Positions 59,657-64,000 of a DNA stretch of 64,000 nt are shown here, one piece after another. The stretch is taken from NCBI GenBank assembly GCA_963805085.1, contig CAWDTA010000003.1:128001-192000 (forward strand), read 5' to 3'. The position numbers and the translations under genes are program-made. Source of the stretch: an uncultured Veillonellaceae bacterium. Lineage in GTDB: Bacteria; Bacillota; Negativicutes; JARBTT01. The notes beneath the pieces were generated by a model, which had not been told where the DNA came from, did not search any database, and saw only the letters and a list, made by a program, of their open reading frames with translations. How positions within the stretch are numbered: the first letter of the stretch is position 1; every line of letters starts with the position of its first letter.

Positions 59657-61333
59657 GGAGTGATATAGTATGACGCGAAAAGAACTTCTCATCGCATATA
59701 AAGAAGGTAAGCTATCGACAGCTGAATTACAGGAACAACTTCATGTGCTCAAAGAGCAATCTAACAAGAATCCTCTTTCCGAAGGCCAAAAAGGCTTGTG
59801 GATGTTGCAAAAAGTTTCACCTGAAATGAGTGCTTATAATATTCCTTTATGCTTCCGTATTGATCAGAAACTGGATATCGAGAAGTTCAAGCAAGCCTGT
59901 AGTTTTATTCTGCAGAAGTATCCCATTCTTACAAGTGTATTTGGTGAAGATGATGGGGTTCCTTACCAAATGATTCAGCCATCACAGCCGCTTGGCTGGC
60001 AGCAAGAAGATATTTCGACGCTTGAAGCTGACAAAATTCTCCCGTATCTCAGGGAAAAAGCCAAAGAACCATTTTCACTCGAACGCGGCTCTTTAATGCG
60101 GATTCAGCTTTTGTCACGGTCCGAGCAAGAACACATTGTACTCATTGTCATTCACCATATTGTCTTTGATGGCACTTCCTCCTTGATTTTAGTTAAATCT
60201 CTACTAGAAGCATATCGAGACCTTGGTGATGGGAAGGGGGTGGAAGCAAAACCTTTCTCGACAAGCTTCAATGACTTTGTCGAATGGGAACAAGCAATGC
60301 TATCAAGTGCGGAAGGCGAAGCGCATCGTGATTACTGGAGAAAGCAATTATCTGGAACCTTACCAATATTGGAACTTCCTACAGATCGGCCTCGTCTTTC
60401 CTCACAAGGCTCAGAAGGCAAAACCTATACAAGCTTGCTTTCGCCTGAATTGACGAAACAAATAAAAACCTTTGCACAAACCCAGAATATGAATTTGTCT
60501 ATTATTTTATTAGGCATTTATAAAGTATTGCTGTATCGCTATACAGATCTAGAGGATGTTATCGTAGGAATGCCGACATTAGGACGTCCAGAAGAAAGAT
60601 TTGACTCACAGATCGGCTATTTTGTGAACATGTTGCCGGTACGAAGTCAGATAAGGGATGAGCAATGCTTTTCTAAATTTATCAAAGAATTACAGCTAAA
60701 TGTGATTGACGGATTGGATCATGCAGTGTATCCATTTCCCGTTATAGTCCGGGAATTAAATGTATCCCGCGAGACGAATTCACCTGTTTTTCAAACAGCT
60801 TTTATTTACCAAAATTTTCTCCAATCAACAAGTTTAAAAACAACCGATGGTCAGGGGCAAAATTCGCTTCACATAGAGTTTATGGAGGATATTCATCAGG
60901 AAGGAGAGTTTGAGTTTGCGTTAGAAATTTTTGATATGGACGACCATTTTACTTTAAATATCAAATATGATCCTGCTTTATATGATCATTCGACGATTAA
61001 ACGAATGCTGGGGCACTATGTTAATTTAGCCGAAGAAGTTGTGAACGATCCAAACTTGCCCCTAGGAGAATATTCTTTAATATCAAGAGAGGAGCAAACT
61101 ACGATACTTAGTGACTGGAATGCGACTCAGGCGGATTATCCAAAGGATCATACCATCCATCAACTTTTTGAAGAACAAGTAGAGAGAGCACCGGATAATA
61201 CAGCAGTGGTATTTGAAGAAAGCAGCCTTACCTACAGACAGCTAAATAATAAAGCCAACCAACTTGCGAGAGTACTGCGAGAAAAAGGTGTGACACCCAA
61301 TAGTATAGTCGCCATAATGGTAGAGCGATCTTT
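59657..61333 (+). repeat. Direct repeat copy 2 (RBS, docking region, C domain and A N-terminus)
   Basis: Identity with copy 1 ends abruptly after GTAGAGCGATCTTT (VERS). Confidence 0.95.
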
Positions 61334-63017
61334 AGAAATGATCATAGGGATTATGGGCATTGTCAAGGCAGGGGGCGCATATTTGCCGATAAGTCCTGAC
61401 AATCCGGAAGAGCGAATAACATATATGTTGAAAGATAGCGAAGCAAAAATTGTGCTCACGCAAAATCGTTTTATTCATAAAGCTCATTTTGATGGTTTAA
61501 CGATAGATTTAGAAGGAAACGGCCTATATGTAGGAAAGAAAGGAAACCTGAAAAAAGTAAATTCACCTAGAGATATCGCATATGTAATATATACATCTGG
61601 TTCAACTGGCAAACCAAAGGGAGTGTTGATAGAACATCGTTCACTAATAAATAGACTAAATTGGATGCAGAAAAGTTATTCCATCGGAGAAAGCGATACG
61701 ATATTGCAAAAGACACCATATACCTTTGATGTATCGGTGTGGGAACTATTCTGGTGGTCTTTACAGGGGTCAAGGGTATGCTTTTTAAAACCGGGGGATG
61801 AAAAGGATCCTAGTAAAATTGTGGATGAAATAGAGAAAAACAATATAACAACTATGCATTTTGTACCTTCCATGCTAAATGCATTTTTGGAATATATGGA
61901 AGCATGCATAGACGTAAAAAGGCTTTCAAGTTTGAGACAGGTATTTGCAAGTGGAGAAGCCCTTTCCTTGCAACAAGTAAAACGCTTTAACAAATTACTT
62001 AAAGAAAGGAACAATACCAAGCTGTTCAATTTATATGGACCAACGGAAGCGACGATTGATGTATCCTATTTCGACTGTTCATCAGGAGAAGCGTTACATA
62101 TTATACCTATTGGCAAGGCAATAGACAATACTAGGCTTTATGTGCTGGATAAGAACAGAAGGCTGCAACCTGTGGGAATAACAGGAGAATTATATATAGC
62201 TGGGGATGGACTGGCAAGAGGATATCTAAACAGACCGGAGCTAACGACAGAAAAGTTTGTGCCTGATCCCTTTGTACCTGGAGAGAGAATGTATTTAACG
62301 GGCGACCTTGCAAGATGGCTGCCTGATGGGAATATAGAATATTTGGGAAGAATAGACCATCAGGTAAAAATTAGAGGTTTGAGAATCGAGTTGGGTGAAA
62401 TTGAAAACCGGCTCCAAAGCCATGCAGCAATAAAAGAAGCGGTAGTAGTAATAAAAGAAGGAAAAGAAGGAAGTAAATATCTTTGCGGATATATTACTGC
62501 CCAAGAAAAGCTTGACATCGGTGAGATAAAAAATTATCTGTCTAAGGAATTGCCAGAGTATATGGTCCCTAACTATATTATCCAGCTAAAAAGAATACCA
62601 CTTATATCTAGCGGTAAAGTAGATAGAAAAATGCTACCAGAGCCGGATGGCAGCATAATAGCAGATACGAAATATGAAGCACCCAGAAATGATGTAGAAA
62701 AAATACTTATTGAAATATGGCAAGAAGTGTTAGAAATTAAAAATATAGGCATAAATAATGATTTCTTTGCTTTAGGAGGAGATTCTATAAAAGCGATACA
62801 AGTGTTAGCGAGGCTCCAGAGATTTAAGTTGAAATTGGACGCCAAAACTTTATTGACGAATCCTGTAATAAAGGAATTGAGTAAATATGTAATACATGTC
62901 GAGCCTTGCATAAGAAAAGAAAAAGTACAAATTGCAATAAGCGATACTATTGCCAAAAGAATTGACCAAGATGAGTTCGACAAAATATTAAAGGAATATC
63001 AAGATAATTTAGCATGA
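59670..63017 (+). CDS. Single-module NRPS C-A-PCP, A domain predicted to activate Ser
   Basis: C motif HHIVFDG. A pocket FDVSVWE / HFVPSML / FASGE / NLYGPTEATID gives the DVWHFSLI Ser code. PCP motif GGDSI. Confidence 0.93.
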   Translation: MTRKELLIAYKEGKLSTAELQEQLHVLKEQSNKNPLSEGQKGLWMLQKVSPEMSAYNIPLCFRIDQKLDIEKFKQACSFILQKYPILTSVFGEDDGVPYQMIQPSQPLGWQQEDISTLEADKILPYLREKAKEPFSLERGSLMRIQLLSRSEQEHIVLIVIHHIVFDGTSSLILVKSLLEAYRDLGDGKGVEAKPFSTSFNDFVEWEQAMLSSAEGEAHRDYWRKQLSGTLPILELPTDRPRLSSQGSEGKTYTSLLSPELTKQIKTFAQTQNMNLSIILLGIYKVLLYRYTDLEDVIVGMPTLGRPEERFDSQIGYFVNMLPVRSQIRDEQCFSKFIKELQLNVIDGLDHAVYPFPVIVRELNVSRETNSPVFQTAFIYQNFLQSTSLKTTDGQGQNSLHIEFMEDIHQEGEFEFALEIFDMDDHFTLNIKYDPALYDHSTIKRMLGHYVNLAEEVVNDPNLPLGEYSLISREEQTTILSDWNATQADYPKDHTIHQLFEEQVERAPDNTAVVFEESSLTYRQLNNKANQLARVLREKGVTPNSIVAIMVERSLEMIIGIMGIVKAGGAYLPISPDNPEERITYMLKDSEAKIVLTQNRFIHKAHFDGLTIDLEGNGLYVGKKGNLKKVNSPRDIAYVIYTSGSTGKPKGVLIEHRSLINRLNWMQKSYSIGESDTILQKTPYTFDVSVWELFWWSLQGSRVCFLKPGDEKDPSKIVDEIEKNNITTMHFVPSMLNAFLEYMEACIDVKRLSSLRQVFASGEALSLQQVKRFNKLLKERNNTKLFNLYGPTEATIDVSYFDCSSGEALHIIPIGKAIDNTRLYVLDKNRRLQPVGITGELYIAGDGLARGYLNRPELTTEKFVPDPFVPGERMYLTGDLARWLPDGNIEYLGRIDHQVKIRGLRIELGEIENRLQSHAAIKEAVVVIKEGKEGSKYLCGYITAQEKLDIGEIKNYLSKELPEYMVPNYIIQLKRIPLISSGKVDRKMLPEPDGSIIADTKYEAPRNDVEKILIEIWQEVLEIKNIGINNDFFALGGDSIKAIQVLARLQRFKLKLDAKTLLTNPVIKELSKYVIHVEPCIRKEKVQIAISDTIAKRIDQDEFDKILKEYQDNLA

Positions 63018-63044
63018 AAAAAAATAAAAGGGAGGATGATCAAG

Positions 63045-64000
63045 TTGGATAAAAATAATATTAAAGATATTTATCCTTTGTCCCCTATGCAGCAGGGTAT
63101 GTTGTTCCATGCTATAGTAGATGAAAACTCAAGGTCATATTTTCAACAAATAACCGTTACATTGGATGGAGATATAGACATAGGGGTATTTGAAGAAAGC
63201 TTTAATAATGTTATTAAAAAATATGATATTTTAAAAACCATGTTTATTTATAAAAGCGTTAAGGAGCCGGTACAGCTGGTTTTGAAGGATAGAAAAGCAA
63301 AAATTCATTTTGAAGATATATCAAAAATAGACGACAACGAGAAAATAGAATATATAGCGACATTTATGCAGAAAGATAAAGAAAGAGGTTTTAACTTATC
63401 AAAAGATATTCTTATTAGAATGGCAATATTTAAGAATGATGAAAAAATCCATAAATTAATATTAAGCTCTCAGCACATCATTATGGATGGTTGGTCTCTA
63501 GGGTTAGTATTAAATGCGATTTTTGAAAACTACATTAAGTTACAAAACAAACAACCTTTAAACATGCACGAAATAGCGCATTATAGTGACTTTATTAAAT
63601 GGCTTGAGCAACAAGATAAAGATGCAGGATTGCTGTATTGGCATAATTATTTGGCAGGATATGAACAAAAGGCAGAGATTCCATGTTGTACTGACAGAAT
63701 TAATGAAGGCAAAAGGTATATCCTGGGGCAAACAATATTCTCCATAAATAAATCCTTAACGAATAAACTTAACAGGCTGGCAAAAAAGAAGGGAATAACA
63801 TTAAATACAATATTCCAGATAGCATGGGGAATACTGCTCCAGAAATATAATTATACAGAAGATGTAGTTTTTGGTACGGTAGTGTCAGGAAGACCGCCGG
63901 AAATTGAAGGAATAGAAAGTATGGTGGGAATGCTTATGAACACCATACCAGTAAGGATGAATTTCGAACATAGTCGTACCTTCAATGAAATAATAAAACC
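63045..64000 (+). CDS. NRPS, 3' end outside the window; N-terminal DCL-type condensation domain
   Basis: GGAGG RBS and TTG start; the frame stays open to the window end. Motifs IYPLSPMQQGMLFH, SQHIIMDGWS, AWGILLQKY and DVVFGTVVSGRP. Confidence 0.9.
   Translation, partial: MDKNNIKDIYPLSPMQQGMLFHAIVDENSRSYFQQITVTLDGDIDIGVFEESFNNVIKKYDILKTMFIYKSVKEPVQLVLKDRKAKIHFEDISKIDDNEKIEYIATFMQKDKERGFNLSKDILIRMAIFKNDEKIHKLILSSQHIIMDGWSLGLVLNAIFENYIKLQNKQPLNMHEIAHYSDFIKWLEQQDKDAGLLYWHNYLAGYEQKAEIPCCTDRINEGKRYILGQTIFSINKSLTNKLNRLAKKKGITLNTIFQIAWGILLQKYNYTEDVVFGTVVSGRPPEIEGIESMVGMLMNTIPVRMNFEHSRTFNEIIK

Noticed and set aside
40779-61333. Long repeats as CRISPR arrays or mobile elements
   Set aside because: They are kilobase-scale in-frame coding duplications with no short repeat-spacer periodicity and no transposase.

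Overview
Low-GC bacterial chromosome segment, most likely from a diderm Firmicute (Negativicutes/Sporomusaceae-like). This is inferred from Firmicute-type genes and RBSs occurring together with a TolC tripartite exporter. Bases 1-25 kb are host metabolism: a pectin/hexuronate operon (uxaC, GH28, LUD protein, frameshifted GH105, GPH transporter), an unannotated 41-aa basic microprotein gene with its own promoter and terminator, an MCP, queF, a GntR-controlled acid-sugar operon (GarR-like dehydrogenase, DUF1537 kinase, class II aldolase, GntP permease), a nitroreductase, FMN riboswitch-ribB, a PII gene behind an attenuator, recQ and MacAB-TolC. IS debris at about 25.0-25.9 kb is followed by an AT-rich island carrying a trans-AT PKS/NRPS cluster that runs off the right edge. 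The cluster has a PksB-like MBL hydrolase, an Sfp-type PPTase, a truncated PksD-like AT/AH, three AT-less PKS genes (KS-DH0-KR-ACP-KS-DH-KR-ACP-KS | DH-KR-ACP-KS-DH-KR-ACP-KS-KR-ACP-KS0 | DH-ACP-KS0-ACP), two tandem C-A-PCP genes and the start of a further NRPS with a DCL-type C domain. The two C-A-PCP genes have near-identical docking and C domains but different A cores (Thr versus Ser). The cluster is largely built from recent near-identical duplications. The most notable signals are the twin, probably alternative, Thr/Ser modules, the GGDSI-PCP/DCL junction that lacks an E domain, and a 4515-bp-spaced in-frame module repeat.
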